Positions 20,896-30,790 of a stretch of 64,000 nucleotides of DNA are shown one piece after another. Source of the DNA: Candidatus Latescibacterota bacterium (GTDB taxonomy: Bacteria > Latescibacterota > UBA2968); assembly GCA_965205975.1 (NCBI GenBank), contig OZ242195.1:480001-544000 (forward strand). Direction: 5' to 3'. A program made the translations under genes and the position numbers. The number at the start of each line of letters is the position of its first letter. Within the stretch, counting starts at the first letter, position 1. The notes under the pieces were generated by a model. That model was not told the DNA's origin. It made no database searches and saw nothing but the letters and a program-made list of their open reading frames with translations.

Positions 20896-21135
20896 CCGCC
20901 AAGAAGCCCAACTGCTCTATCGTTGGGAGTAGTCACATTAGTGATAGAGTTACCCAATTTTGTTTCAAAATGCAAGAGGGCATTTTTATTTAGGGTTTTT
21001 GTTTAAAACAGAAGTCTGCATCTATTCGTCTGTGAACTGCAGGTATGGATTAGGAGTCTTTGGGAGTGTTGAGCGCGGCGAGGTGTATGGAGGTCGGATG
21101 GAGAGTGTATTGGACTTAGCCCTTTAGAAATACAT

Positions 21136-21741
21136 TCAGGCAGAATACAAACTGCTGATTCGATCCATTGTTCTTTTTAAACTTACAGATACAGCAGCAG
21201 CGCGTTCTAAATCCCATTGGTCTCGTACAAATTCGGTAAAACGCGGATTATAGAGAGGGCCTACTTTTGCGGTTGTCGCCCCTTGTATAGGAGCCAATTC
21301 TTGTCTCAATGTTCTTTTTCTACTCTGTCGTGCAAGCGAAACGAGAAACTCTTTGGGTTTTTCTATTTTGTCTGTGTTGTGTGGAATACGATTGAGCGGT
21401 ACCGATAAAAATTTTGCGATGCCTCTGCGGTCCGCCATAATCCAAGATTCGATTTCCATGACCGCAACGCGAAAGAGAAATCCAGAATTTAGAGGTGCTC
21501 CAACCCAGGATTGAATGAGTTTTGGAGGACAATTTTTTGGAGAGTCTAAATCTGTTAGCAGAAAGATATTATAAAATCCTCTGGCAGTACGGTTGAGGTT
21601 ACGGGCCTTTTCTTTTAAGAAAGAATTGCCTTTAGATCCAAGTCTTTGTACAATTTCGAGGTCAAAGTATTCGAGAATTTTAGTCGAAACGGCATCGCTG
21701 AGTGTATCCTCAACAGCGAGGATTACTTTATTTGATCTCAT
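21136..21741 (-). CDS. TOPRIM-fold protein (DUF4276-like)
   Basis: LAVED and LTDLD acidic motifs, EIESWIMAD; ATGA-coupled to the upstream ATPase. Confidence 0.7.
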   Translation of the reverse strand: MRSNKVILAVEDTLSDAVSTKILEYFDLEIVQRLGSKGNSFLKEKARNLNRTARGFYNIFLLTDLDSPKNCPPKLIQSWVGAPLNSGFLFRVAVMEIESWIMADRRGIAKFLSVPLNRIPHNTDKIEKPKEFLVSLARQSRKRTLRQELAPIQGATTAKVGPLYNPRFTEFVRDQWDLERAAAVSVSLKRTMDRISSLYSA

Positions 21742-22892
21742 TCTAAAAAACTCAATTGTTCGGCATGCTCGGGTCTGGTTCTTGGAAGTACGACTTCACT
21801 AACTGTAAAACCATCTTCGAGGAGCGTCTCTACTTCGTCAATATCAGAAACTATTTTTACCGCTGTTCCTTCCCGTGCTGGTGTAAGCAACAGAACTTCT
21901 CGTCCGTCAATGCCCTGTTCTGTAAGCAATGCATCGCTATGTGTGCTCACAAATACCTGGGGGCGTCTGCTTCTTTGCATTCTGGAAATAAACGGGGCAA
22001 GTTGAGAGACAATGCCCGCATTTAATGACAACTCTGGTTCTTCCAGTAAGAGTACAGAGTCACTCTCAAGAAGAGACCATAATAAGCCCAGGAGACGAAG
22101 CGTTCCATCGGAAAATTGATCTTCTCGTTGCAAGCCTGCATTCGGACGCCAGTGGGAATAAAGGGCTTGCAAATGAGGCCTTCCTGTGATTTCATCGCGA
22201 ATAAATTCCAATTGCTTCAGTTGGGGCACAGCAACTTTGAGGGCTTGTTCAATTTTTTTTAACCGGGAACGGCGCGTCCTCTCAGTAACTGTGGCAATTC
22301 TTTCCAAAAACCCTTGTCCAAAGGGATCATCTTCAACGACTCTTCCCTGAATCGAATCGGCAAACCGCAAAAGTTGAGGAACCAGATGCAGATAGGTAAT
22401 GTCTTGCAAGAAATGGACAATATCTCGAAAGTCTGCATTGACATTGATTTGCTCAAGAAAGGTCTGTGTGAGTCGTTGCCGGTCTTTTTTGTCATCTGCA
22501 TCTGGCCTGTTGAGAATCTGTTTGCCATCTTTCCACACGCGTTCATGAGTGAGATACGTCTGGCGATAACCCCGAGGTTCCTGCATAATTCCTATCGCAT
22601 ATCGCCAGGTTTCGGGAGATTCTGCATTGTCGGCAAGGTGAATTTCGATTTCGATTTCTGGGTCTTGTCTCGCCGCCAGGCAACGGATTTTAGATACGCC
22701 TCCGCGGTCTTTGACCGCTTTCTGCAATCCGCCGCCTTCTGCTTTTACAATATCTCGAAGAAAGCGAAAAATATCGAGAAGATTGGACTTCCCGGATGCA
22801 TTTGCACCTACGACAAACTGACGCTCGCGCAATGGGACATCGAGTTCTCGGAAATTACGCCAGTTTTTTACTTTAAGACGTTTGATCATCAT
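21738..22892 (-). CDS. SMC/ABC-type AAA ATPase (AAA_15/AAA_21-like)
   Basis: NWRNF, GANASGKSN, FSDGTLR, LLLEEPE, STHS; GGGAG RBS before ATG 22892. Confidence 0.88.
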   Translation of the reverse strand: MMIKRLKVKNWRNFRELDVPLRERQFVVGANASGKSNLLDIFRFLRDIVKAEGGGLQKAVKDRGGVSKIRCLAARQDPEIEIEIHLADNAESPETWRYAIGIMQEPRGYRQTYLTHERVWKDGKQILNRPDADDKKDRQRLTQTFLEQINVNADFRDIVHFLQDITYLHLVPQLLRFADSIQGRVVEDDPFGQGFLERIATVTERTRRSRLKKIEQALKVAVPQLKQLEFIRDEITGRPHLQALYSHWRPNAGLQREDQFSDGTLRLLGLLWSLLESDSVLLLEEPELSLNAGIVSQLAPFISRMQRSRRPQVFVSTHSDALLTEQGIDGREVLLLTPAREGTAVKIVSDIDEVETLLEDGFTVSEVVLPRTRPEHAEQLSFLE

Positions 22893-23097
22893 AATAACAA
22901 CTCCCATGAAAATCTAAATGGCTCATCCATGGAAACATGATCTTCAGCAGTAGAAATAACAGCATTAATAAACTTATTCGAGATGGGTGTGTTGGGCAAG
23001 CATTTTGTAAGTGCGATGTGTGCGGTATCAGATATTGTGTGTTCACTTTTAATAATGGCATATATTCTCCTGTAAGCAAATCTGTAAAAGAGGAGAT

Positions 23098-24318
23098 ATG
23101 GACAAACGCGTTCTAAACAGCCCAGTTGAGGTCTCAGATCGCATTGAGAGTCTGGATGTGTTGCGCGGCTTTGCCGTGCTTGGCATCCTGGTCATGAATA
23201 TCCAGTCATTTGCAATGCCTGGGGCGGCGTACCTGAACCCGACGGCTTACGGCGATCTCAATGGTATCAACTTTTTTACCTGGCTGGTTAGCTACCTGCT
23301 CGTTGATCAGAAGTTTATGTCAATCTTTTCAATGCTCTTTGGTGCCGGCATCTGTCTGTTTGCAGATCGCGCCGAGGCCCGCAGTGGTCGCTCCGCTGGC
23401 TTGCACTACCGCCGCACATTCTATCTGCTCGTCTTCGGCCTTGTGCATGCCTATTTTCTGTGGTCGGGCGATATATTGGTTGCCTACGCGCTCTGCGGCT
23501 CCGTCATCTTTCTTTTTAGGAATCGTTCGCCGCGCACGCTGGTAGTCATCGGGCTCGTTGTTTTTGCAGTGGCGAGTGTGCTGTCGATTGGAATAGGTCT
23601 GACAACAGAATTTATTCCCGAAAAAGATGTGGCGGATATCACTGCGACGTGGGCACCGGATGCGGCCAAAATTGATGCGGAGTTGCTCGCTTACCGCAGC
23701 GGCTGGTTCACACTGCAGGCACAACGAACCAGCGATACACTGGGAATGCACACGACGGTCCTGCCAATTGAAGTGTTTTGGCAATCTGCGGGTATCATGC
23801 TGATGGGCATGGCCCTCTACCGCTGGCACATCCTGAGCGCAGCCCGCAATGACCGATTCTACTGTTGCCTCGCGCTCATCGGATTCGGTATGGGCTTGCC
23901 GGTCGTTGCTGCGGGTGCATGGTGGAATTTTGCGGCCGGATGGAACTGGGAGCGTTCGATGTTCCTTGGGGCGCAGTTCAACTATTGGGGGAGCCTCGCT
24001 ATGGCATTTGGATACATCGGCCTCGTGATGTTGGTGGTTCGCCGCAGATGGCTCTCTGGCTTACAAACGCGCCTGGCCGCAGCCGGGCGAATGGCGTTCA
24101 CCAATTACATCGCTCAGACGCTGATTTGTACGACCATTTTTTACGGGCATGGATTCGGGCTTTTCGGGCGCGTTGCCCGCTGGCAACAGGCCATAGTCGT
24201 CATCTTTGTATGGGGCCTCCAACTCTGGTGGTCGCCGTTGCTGATGAGACGTTTTCGATATGGCCCGTTGGAATGGAGTTGGCGGGCACTGACCTACTGG
24301 CGGATCCCAGGACGATAG
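23098..24318 (+). CDS. DUF418 (YeiB-like) membrane protein
   Basis: RIESLDVLRGFA, FSMLFGAG, GRMAFTNYIAQ, GPLEWSWR. Confidence 0.9.
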   Translation: MDKRVLNSPVEVSDRIESLDVLRGFAVLGILVMNIQSFAMPGAAYLNPTAYGDLNGINFFTWLVSYLLVDQKFMSIFSMLFGAGICLFADRAEARSGRSAGLHYRRTFYLLVFGLVHAYFLWSGDILVAYALCGSVIFLFRNRSPRTLVVIGLVVFAVASVLSIGIGLTTEFIPEKDVADITATWAPDAAKIDAELLAYRSGWFTLQAQRTSDTLGMHTTVLPIEVFWQSAGIMLMGMALYRWHILSAARNDRFYCCLALIGFGMGLPVVAAGAWWNFAAGWNWERSMFLGAQFNYWGSLAMAFGYIGLVMLVVRRRWLSGLQTRLAAAGRMAFTNYIAQTLICTTIFYGHGFGLFGRVARWQQAIVVIFVWGLQLWWSPLLMRRFRYGPLEWSWRALTYWRIPGR

Positions 24319-24354
24319 CGCGAATTTTGTTTCACACGATTCAAAGGAGAAAAC

Positions 24355-25596
24355 ATGGATAAACTCAAACTCGCCCTGGTCGGTTGTGGCGGTATGGGAA
24401 CGCGCCATTTGTATGGGTTGCGCGAACTGGCGAAGACGCCGTTTAACAATATTGAATTGTGCGCTTTGTGCGATCTCAATCGGGATAACGCAGAACTGGC
24501 TGCGAGGGAGGCCGAGCAGTTGCTCGGTTCAAAGCCCCCCGTATTTACATCCATAGAAGAGATGGCGCAAGCGATTCCCGATTTGATGGCTGTCGATGTG
24601 GTCACCGATCCGTCGGTGCACCACACGGTGGTGTGTGAGGCTCTGGACCTGGGGTTGCATGTGCTGGTTGAAAAACCTATGGCTATTTCTGTCAAAGCGT
24701 GCCATGCTATGAATGAGGCGGCGGAGCGCAATGGACGCAAACTGTCCGTTGCTGAAAATTATCGGCGCGATCCTTCGGCGCGGCTAACGCGCCATTTGTT
24801 GGATACCGGGCGAATCGGAACGCCTTATATGGCAACGTTTCACGCCATGCGCGGCGGTAATGAAATTTTTATCACGCCCTGGCGGCATTTGAAAGACCGC
24901 GGGGGACCGTTGATCGATATGGGAGTGCATTATGCAGATTTGATTCGGTATCAACTCGGCGATGTGGTCGAGGTGTATGGCGATACGCGTCTGGTGGAGC
25001 CAGTGCGCAAAAAACAACAGTCCATTGGTGATCGGTATGAATTTTATCAGCAGCGTTTTCGCGCGATGCCCAGCGAAGTTCCAGCTACGGCAGAAGATAC
25101 GGCGATGGCGATGATGAAGATGGAAAGCGGCGTGACGGTGAGTTTTATTGTGGGCATTGGGGGACATGGTGCCTGTCGCAGTCAGTTGATTTTAGGCGAT
25201 AAAGGGTGTTTGCAGAGCTACGGGAGTCGTGGGAGTCAGGCGATATGGCAATCGGCAGATGGGGAGGTGAGAGACCAGAATGCGATTCTGAGTGCTGTTG
25301 ACGATTTTGAATTGCATCCTCTTTTAGATCATTTTTTTCCTACCAAAAACAGCGTGGGCGATCAGGCAGTGGATTGGAAATTGATCGCTTATGAACAATA
25401 CGAACTCGCCTGTGCTGTCCTGAATGATGACCCGGTTGAGGTCGATGGTGTTGAGGGGATGAAGGATGTGGCGGCGATTTATGCGATTTGCGAGTCTGCT
25501 CGCGCAGGTCGCACTGTGACGGCAGCAGAGATCGAAAGCGGCGAGTTGTATGAATATCAAGCGGAGATCGATGCGGCGTTGAATATCAACACTTAA
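24355..25596 (+). CDS. Gfo/Idh/MocA oxidoreductase
   Basis: GCGGMG, VEKP, DMGVHYAD. Confidence 0.9.
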   Translation: MDKLKLALVGCGGMGTRHLYGLRELAKTPFNNIELCALCDLNRDNAELAAREAEQLLGSKPPVFTSIEEMAQAIPDLMAVDVVTDPSVHHTVVCEALDLGLHVLVEKPMAISVKACHAMNEAAERNGRKLSVAENYRRDPSARLTRHLLDTGRIGTPYMATFHAMRGGNEIFITPWRHLKDRGGPLIDMGVHYADLIRYQLGDVVEVYGDTRLVEPVRKKQQSIGDRYEFYQQRFRAMPSEVPATAEDTAMAMMKMESGVTVSFIVGIGGHGACRSQLILGDKGCLQSYGSRGSQAIWQSADGEVRDQNAILSAVDDFELHPLLDHFFPTKNSVGDQAVDWKLIAYEQYELACAVLNDDPVEVDGVEGMKDVAAIYAICESARAGRTVTAAEIESGELYEYQAEIDAALNINT

Positions 25597-25597
25597 A

Positions 25598-25975
25598 ATG
25601 GAGGAAAGACAGATGGTGATTCGCAATTGGCAAGATGCCACGCCCACAGTGGGCCATGAAACGGCGTTGATCTGGTCGATTTTCAGGCAGAAAGGGAGTG
25701 CTGGCTTGAGCGAGGAAGAAGCACCGATGTTGGCGGCATCGGGATTTACCCTGCATATGATGCAGAGCCGCAAGGCGGGCGATTACCACATGCACGATGA
25801 CAAAGAACAGATTTATTATTTTACGCGCGGTCATGGCAAGATGAAGATCGATGACGAGATTTATCCCGTGGAGCCTGGCGATGCCGTGCATTTACCGCCG
25901 CATACCTATCATCAGTTGATCAATGACAGCGATGATTGGATTGAACACATCCTGGTGACTGTGCCGGTGGGTTAA
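25598..25975 (+). CDS. Cupin domain protein
   Basis: HMHDDKEQIYY and PPHTYH cupin motifs. Confidence 0.85.
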   Translation: MEERQMVIRNWQDATPTVGHETALIWSIFRQKGSAGLSEEEAPMLAASGFTLHMMQSRKAGDYHMHDDKEQIYYFTRGHGKMKIDDEIYPVEPGDAVHLPPHTYHQLINDSDDWIEHILVTVPVG

Positions 25976-26994
25976 GGGTGTAGGACGTATTTCAATCCCT
26001 CTTGTCGCTCTGCACCGTCAAATGCCTGTTCCCAATTTTCGAGTGGTAGCCTGTGGGATATGTATGCCGAGGGATCTATTGTTTTGGCGATGACCATTTC
26101 GAGGGCGCGTTGCCAACTGGGCCAGTTCTGGGCAATAGAACTGTTCACGGAAAGCTGTTTGTAGATGATTTTGCCCCAGTTCACTTCAACGGGGTGTTCG
26201 ATTAGAGCCACCTGTGTGAATGTGCCGAGAGGGCGCACGGCGTCGAGGCATTGATCGATGGAGGCAGCAGCACCTGCACATTCGATGACAATGTCGGCAC
26301 CGTCGCTGGTGATCGAACGGACAAATTCGGATACATTTTCGCGCGTGACATCTACGGTGTGTTCTGCGCCTTTAGCCATAGCGAGGCGATGGGTGTCGCG
26401 GTCTGTTCCGCAGACAATAACACGTCCGCCTGCGAGTCTGGCGAGGTCGGCGCACATCAGGCCAATGGGACCGGGACCAGAAACGAGTACCAGGTCGCCG
26501 GGTACAATTTTTGTGTAAAAAAGAACGGCTTTGATGCAGCAGGCGAGGGGTTCAACAAGCGCGGCAGTGTCATAGGAGACGGATTCGGGAAGTGGGAAGG
26601 CGAGGTTTTGGGGGATGACGCAGTATTCGGCAAATCCGCCGTCGCGCATGCTGCCAACGGATTTGCGCTGGGGGCAAAAGAAAAATTCGCTGGCCCGACA
26701 ATGGCGACAGTGCCCACAGGCCCCATTCGCTGTGGGAAGGACCGTGACGCGGTCGCCTGTTTTGATGCGGGTGACATTGGTGCCGACTTTGACGACTTCA
26801 CCTGAAAGTTCATGGCAAAGCGTGACAGGTGGGCGAGAGCCATAACCGCCGTGGCGAATGTGGAGATCGGTGCCGCAGAGTCCGCCGCGCTGAACGGCGA
26901 TTTTAATGTCGTCGGGGTGTTCGATATCCGGTTCTGGTATATTGCATAAGGCGATGTGTCCAGGACCGGGTTTTAGTTTGCGTACAGCGCGCAT
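25972..26994 (-). CDS. Zn-dependent medium-chain dehydrogenase
   Basis: GLCGTDLH, CHE, CGHCRHC..C, GPGPIG. Confidence 0.92.
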   Translation of the reverse strand: MRAVRKLKPGPGHIALCNIPEPDIEHPDDIKIAVQRGGLCGTDLHIRHGGYGSRPPVTLCHELSGEVVKVGTNVTRIKTGDRVTVLPTANGACGHCRHCRASEFFFCPQRKSVGSMRDGGFAEYCVIPQNLAFPLPESVSYDTAALVEPLACCIKAVLFYTKIVPGDLVLVSGPGPIGLMCADLARLAGGRVIVCGTDRDTHRLAMAKGAEHTVDVTRENVSEFVRSITSDGADIVIECAGAAASIDQCLDAVRPLGTFTQVALIEHPVEVNWGKIIYKQLSVNSSIAQNWPSWQRALEMVIAKTIDPSAYISHRLPLENWEQAFDGAERQEGLKYVLHP

Positions 26995-26995
26995 G

Positions 26996-28768
26996 TTACT
27001 CGTTCAGTGCCGAAAGTTGAGCGGTTTGTTCAATCTTGCCATCGACAATGCCCATGTATCCAATTAGCATTTCGTCAAAACTTTGCTCACCCCAGCGAAC
27101 CGTTGCGGATGGGTCGGGATTGAGTTTGTTTTTTGCTGAGTTGTCAAAGACGGCATGGCTGACTATGCGCGTTCCTGCGGGCAGGTGTTTAGGGGTTGAG
27201 AGGGCGTAGAACCGCTGCCAGTTGAACGTGTAATTTGGCACAGAGAGCAGGGTTTCGCGGGTTCCATCGGGATAATGTGCAACATAGCGGAAGCCCGCGC
27301 CCCGGAAGTGCATGTGGGGGAAGAAGGTGTAGAGGGTGACGTCTTGTTCAAAGATTTTTATGGATGAATCGCGATAGGCACTCGCATGCGGTGGGATTTT
27401 AATTTGGGTGTTGGCGGGACCGACCACGCGGTGTTCGCGCAGGTTTTGGGCGTCGGTGAAATACAACCCCAGTTTGCTTTCATCCACTTCGGGACGTCCA
27501 GTGGTCGTATAGTGGAGTTGAAACTGGATTTTGCTCCCTTTGGGGAGTAGTTTTGCCGTGCCTTTGGGCAGTATGACACCATCCATGCCCGGTACATAAG
27601 AGGCAAAGATGCCGTCTAACCAGCGGTTCTTTTTGACGGTTTTCATTTTGTGCCCTTTGGGATAGATCAGATGCGCCAGTGCGTGGTGCATTGCCGCGCG
27701 ATTTCCCGGCAGAAATTCGGTGCCCCGCAATTGCACATCGCGGTCTATGGGTACGGTAATTTTGAGATAGCGATAGTCGATAATGCCGGTTGCGGGGATT
27801 TCCTGCCGTTCCAGTGCGATGACGAGGTCGGGTTCACCATAAGCCCAGGTTGTGGCGTGTGTCGGGTTGTCGGATAGGGGATCTGGCCCATCGCCGCGGG
27901 GCGATCCAGCTTCGATCCAGTGGACGAGGGTTTGTTCTTCTTGTTGTGTGAGAGACATGTCGTTGTTGAATGTGCCTATGTGTGGGTCTGCATGCCATGG
28001 GGGCATGCGTCGGGTGCGTACGACTTCGCGCATCATTGGAGACCAGCCCGCGACTTCTTTGTAGTCGGTCATGTCAAAGGGTGCTATGCCGCCGGTTTGG
28101 TGACAGGGCACGCATTTGTTTTGCAGAATGGGAGCGATTTCTCTGGCATAAGAGATCTGTTTGTGTTGTGCGCGGTCTTTGCCCGGCAAGGCAATCAGGC
28201 AACCGGGTGATGCAACGGCTTTGACGGCGACTTCCTCGGCTTTGAGGTGGGCGAGGAGTGCATCGGCGAGATAATGGTTGGATGCACTGGGTTTTTGCGC
28301 TTCGTAATTCAGACGATCGTCGATGGGTCCCCGGTAGAGGATGTGCCATGTTTTGGGATTGATGACAAGGGCCTCAGCCGTGCGATGCAGGTCGAGTGAT
28401 TCGGCGACGAGTTGTGTTTCGTCAATGAGGATGGGATAGTCGATGGAGAAGGCGACGGCTTCTTCGCGTACGTTTTCGCGGTCGTCTTGCAAATTGGCAT
28501 TGAGCATTAAAAATTGCACGCCTTTGGGCGCGTATTCATCGCGTATTGCATTGAGGCTATGTACCGCATTGCGCACAATAGGGCAACCATTGCCCTGGAC
28601 GAATAAGACGATGGCAGAGGCGTCTGAGTGCTCGTGGAGTGTGTGGAATTCGCCGTTTTGATCATAAAGGCCAAAATCATCCACGAGAATATCCACGGAT
28701 TGTGGTGTTTCGGGAATGGCAGAACAGCCGATGAAGAGGCAGGATAGGATATACAATAGGTGTTTCAT
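26996..28768 (-). CDS. Lipoprotein with redoxin domain, c-type heme motif and copper monooxygenase-like domain
   Basis: FIGC lipobox, GCPIV...YRGPIDD..GC, CVPCH, MPPW, AMHH, PHMH, DEM. Confidence 0.75.
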   Translation of the reverse strand: MKHLLYILSCLFIGCSAIPETPQSVDILVDDFGLYDQNGEFHTLHEHSDASAIVLFVQGNGCPIVRNAVHSLNAIRDEYAPKGVQFLMLNANLQDDRENVREEAVAFSIDYPILIDETQLVAESLDLHRTAEALVINPKTWHILYRGPIDDRLNYEAQKPSASNHYLADALLAHLKAEEVAVKAVASPGCLIALPGKDRAQHKQISYAREIAPILQNKCVPCHQTGGIAPFDMTDYKEVAGWSPMMREVVRTRRMPPWHADPHIGTFNNDMSLTQQEEQTLVHWIEAGSPRGDGPDPLSDNPTHATTWAYGEPDLVIALERQEIPATGIIDYRYLKITVPIDRDVQLRGTEFLPGNRAAMHHALAHLIYPKGHKMKTVKKNRWLDGIFASYVPGMDGVILPKGTAKLLPKGSKIQFQLHYTTTGRPEVDESKLGLYFTDAQNLREHRVVGPANTQIKIPPHASAYRDSSIKIFEQDVTLYTFFPHMHFRGAGFRYVAHYPDGTRETLLSVPNYTFNWQRFYALSTPKHLPAGTRIVSHAVFDNSAKNKLNPDPSATVRWGEQSFDEMLIGYMGIVDGKIEQTAQLSALNE

Positions 28769-28779
28769 AATATCTCCAT

Positions 28780-29682
28780 TTAAAAGTCCCTACTCCGCAA
28801 CAATTCCAGCACGCGCTCGAGGTCGTCATTGCTGTAAAATTCGATTTCGATTTTGCCCCGAGAGCCTCTGCGGTTGATATTGACTGCTGTGCCAAAATAA
28901 CGCTGGAGATCTTCTTCGAGAAATAGCAAGTTGGGGTCTTTGGGTGGCGTGGATTTTTTTTCTGTGGAGCCTTCTTTGAGTGCTTTGACGAGGGCCTCTG
29001 TGCGGCGAACCGATAGTCCCTGTGCAATAATCTGCTGGCATAAGGCAATTTGTTGATCCGCGTTGTCAAGGCCCAGCAGTGTGCGGGCGTGACCTGCGGA
29101 TATCTGCCCGGCTTGCAGGGCGTCGAGTACTTCGGGTGCCAATGCGAGGAGGCGCAAGGTGTTGGCAATGGTGGAGCGGTCTTTGCCCACATGCTCGGCA
29201 ACCTCCTCTTGTGTGAGAAAACACTCGTCTATGAGCATGCGATAGGCTTTGGCTTCTTCTATGGGGTTGAGATTTTCTCGCTGGATATTTTCAATCAGCG
29301 AGAGTTCCATCATTTCCTGGTCTGTTCCCACGTCCATAACAATCGCAGGTACGACCGCGAGTTCGGCCTGACGCGCGGCGCGAAAACGGCGTTCGCCAGC
29401 GATCAGTTGATAGCCCGATCCAAAGCGGCGCACGGAAACAGGCTGTATGATGCCTTTTTCGCGGATTGATTGCGCCAATTCGCTCACGGCTTTGGGATCG
29501 AATTCCGTGCGTGGCTGGTGGGGGTTGGGTTCAATATCCTCAATGGGTATTTCGATGATTTGCCGTTGGGTCTGTCCTGTGGGCGATGGAGCAGTTTCCG
29601 ATGTGATTTTTTCGGCAGAGGTTTCATCGGCACCGGGAATCAGGGCGCCCAATCCCTTGCCAAGGGCATTGCGTTTAGCCAT
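28780..29682 (-). CDS. parB: Chromosome partition protein ParB/Spo0J
   Basis: LGKGLGALI, NPHQPR, GERRFRA, ENIQRENL, HTH. Confidence 0.96.
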   Translation of the reverse strand: MAKRNALGKGLGALIPGADETSAEKITSETAPSPTGQTQRQIIEIPIEDIEPNPHQPRTEFDPKAVSELAQSIREKGIIQPVSVRRFGSGYQLIAGERRFRAARQAELAVVPAIVMDVGTDQEMMELSLIENIQRENLNPIEEAKAYRMLIDECFLTQEEVAEHVGKDRSTIANTLRLLALAPEVLDALQAGQISAGHARTLLGLDNADQQIALCQQIIAQGLSVRRTEALVKALKEGSTEKKSTPPKDPNLLFLEEDLQRYFGTAVNINRRGSRGKIEIEFYSNDDLERVLELLRSRDF

Positions 29683-30436
29683 TGATGACCTCCCCGGCTA
29701 AGTTCATGTAATTTTGCGCGCCGGTAGATATAATATCGTAGAGGATGATTGGTTTGCCAAAACTGGGCGCTTCGCCGAGTTTGACGTTGCGGCTGATAAT
29801 CGTATTATAGACGCGGTCGCCAAAATGCGATTTGGTTTCTTCGGCAACCTGCCGCGCCAGATTGAGACGTCCGTCGTACATTGTGAGTAGTACGCCTTCA
29901 ATAGTGAGGTGGGGATTGAGATGTTGTTGCACGAGGTGCAGGGTGTTGAGCAATTTGCTCAGGCCCTCGAGCGCGTAGAATTCGCATTGTATGGGGATGA
30001 GTACAGAGTCGGCTGCCGTCAGCGCGTTGAGTGTGAGCAATCCCAGTGCAGGGGGGCAGTCGATGATGATGAAGTCATAGGTTTCGCGCGCTTGCAAAAG
30101 GGCATTTTTGAGGCGTTGTTCGCGCGATGTGACGGAGACCATTTCCACTTCGGCACCGGTGAGGCGAATGTGAGAGGGCGCAATGCTGAGAAAGGGCAAG
30201 TCGCTTTCGTGGATGACTTCCATTAAGGGCAAGTCTTCGAGAAGCACTTCGTACACACAGGGCGTTTGTTCATCTACCTCAATGCCACATCCGCTGGACG
30301 CGTTGGCCTGTGGGTCTATGTCGAGCAGCAGGGTTTTCTTTTCGGCAGTAGCCAGACACGCAGATAGGTTGACTGCGGTGGTGGTTTTGCCCACACCGCC
30401 TTTTTGATTGGCTATGGCAATGACCCGTGCAGACAT
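29675..30436 (-). CDS. parA: Chromosome partition ATPase ParA/Soj
   Basis: NQKGGVGKTT, DIDPQAN, DCPP, QCEFYALEG. Confidence 0.96.
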   Translation of the reverse strand: MSARVIAIANQKGGVGKTTTAVNLSACLATAEKKTLLLDIDPQANASSGCGIEVDEQTPCVYEVLLEDLPLMEVIHESDLPFLSIAPSHIRLTGAEVEMVSVTSREQRLKNALLQARETYDFIIIDCPPALGLLTLNALTAADSVLIPIQCEFYALEGLSKLLNTLHLVQQHLNPHLTIEGVLLTMYDGRLNLARQVAEETKSHFGDRVYNTIISRNVKLGEAPSFGKPIILYDIISTGAQNYMNLAGEVING

Positions 30437-30685
30437 CTGAGACCCCGCAAATTCAAGTATAACAGAGATATTCAAGCCCTCGAAATATAGGGTAAGGAAA
30501 AGAGAAAATCAAGCGCGGGTGTTTGTCGCTACTTCGCGCTGTGGGGTGGAAAGGCGAGGATTATGGTGCTTTTTGTAATGACTTTTCAGAATACTGCGTC
30601 TAAGCCGAGGCTTTAGAGTCAAATTTTAAGGTATAAAAGAAGCGGTTTTAGACAGGTGGGATTTGGAGAAATTTGGAAAATTGGG

Positions 30686-30713
30686 TTGACAACAGATAGA
30701 TATTATCTACGTT
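30686..30713 (+). promoter_or_regulatory. Putative promoter with overlapping palindrome
   Basis: TTGACA at 30686, TACGTT at 30708, inverted repeat TAGATA-T-TATCTA at 30697-30709. Confidence 0.45.
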
Positions 30714-30790
30714 ATTAAAAATAATCACACTGAGAGGGGCGCGTTACAGAAAGATGATAAAATTTTAGCGATCACAACGAGGAGAGTCAC

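Larger units (their letters stand above)
19565..20936 (+). mobile_element. IS200/IS605-family element carrying only tnpB (IS1341-like)
   Basis: Left subterminal hairpin CTCAAGTCC-ttca-GGCTTGGG (~19582-19602); right end GAAGCCCAAC...GTTGGGAGTAGTCAC ending 20936; no tnpA; left boundary approximate. Confidence 0.75.

Noticed and set aside
28780..30790. parS site or replication origin near parAB
   Set aside because: No TGTTTCACGTGAAACA-like palindrome, DnaA-box cluster, dnaA or rsmG recognised by eye; a motif scan would be needed.
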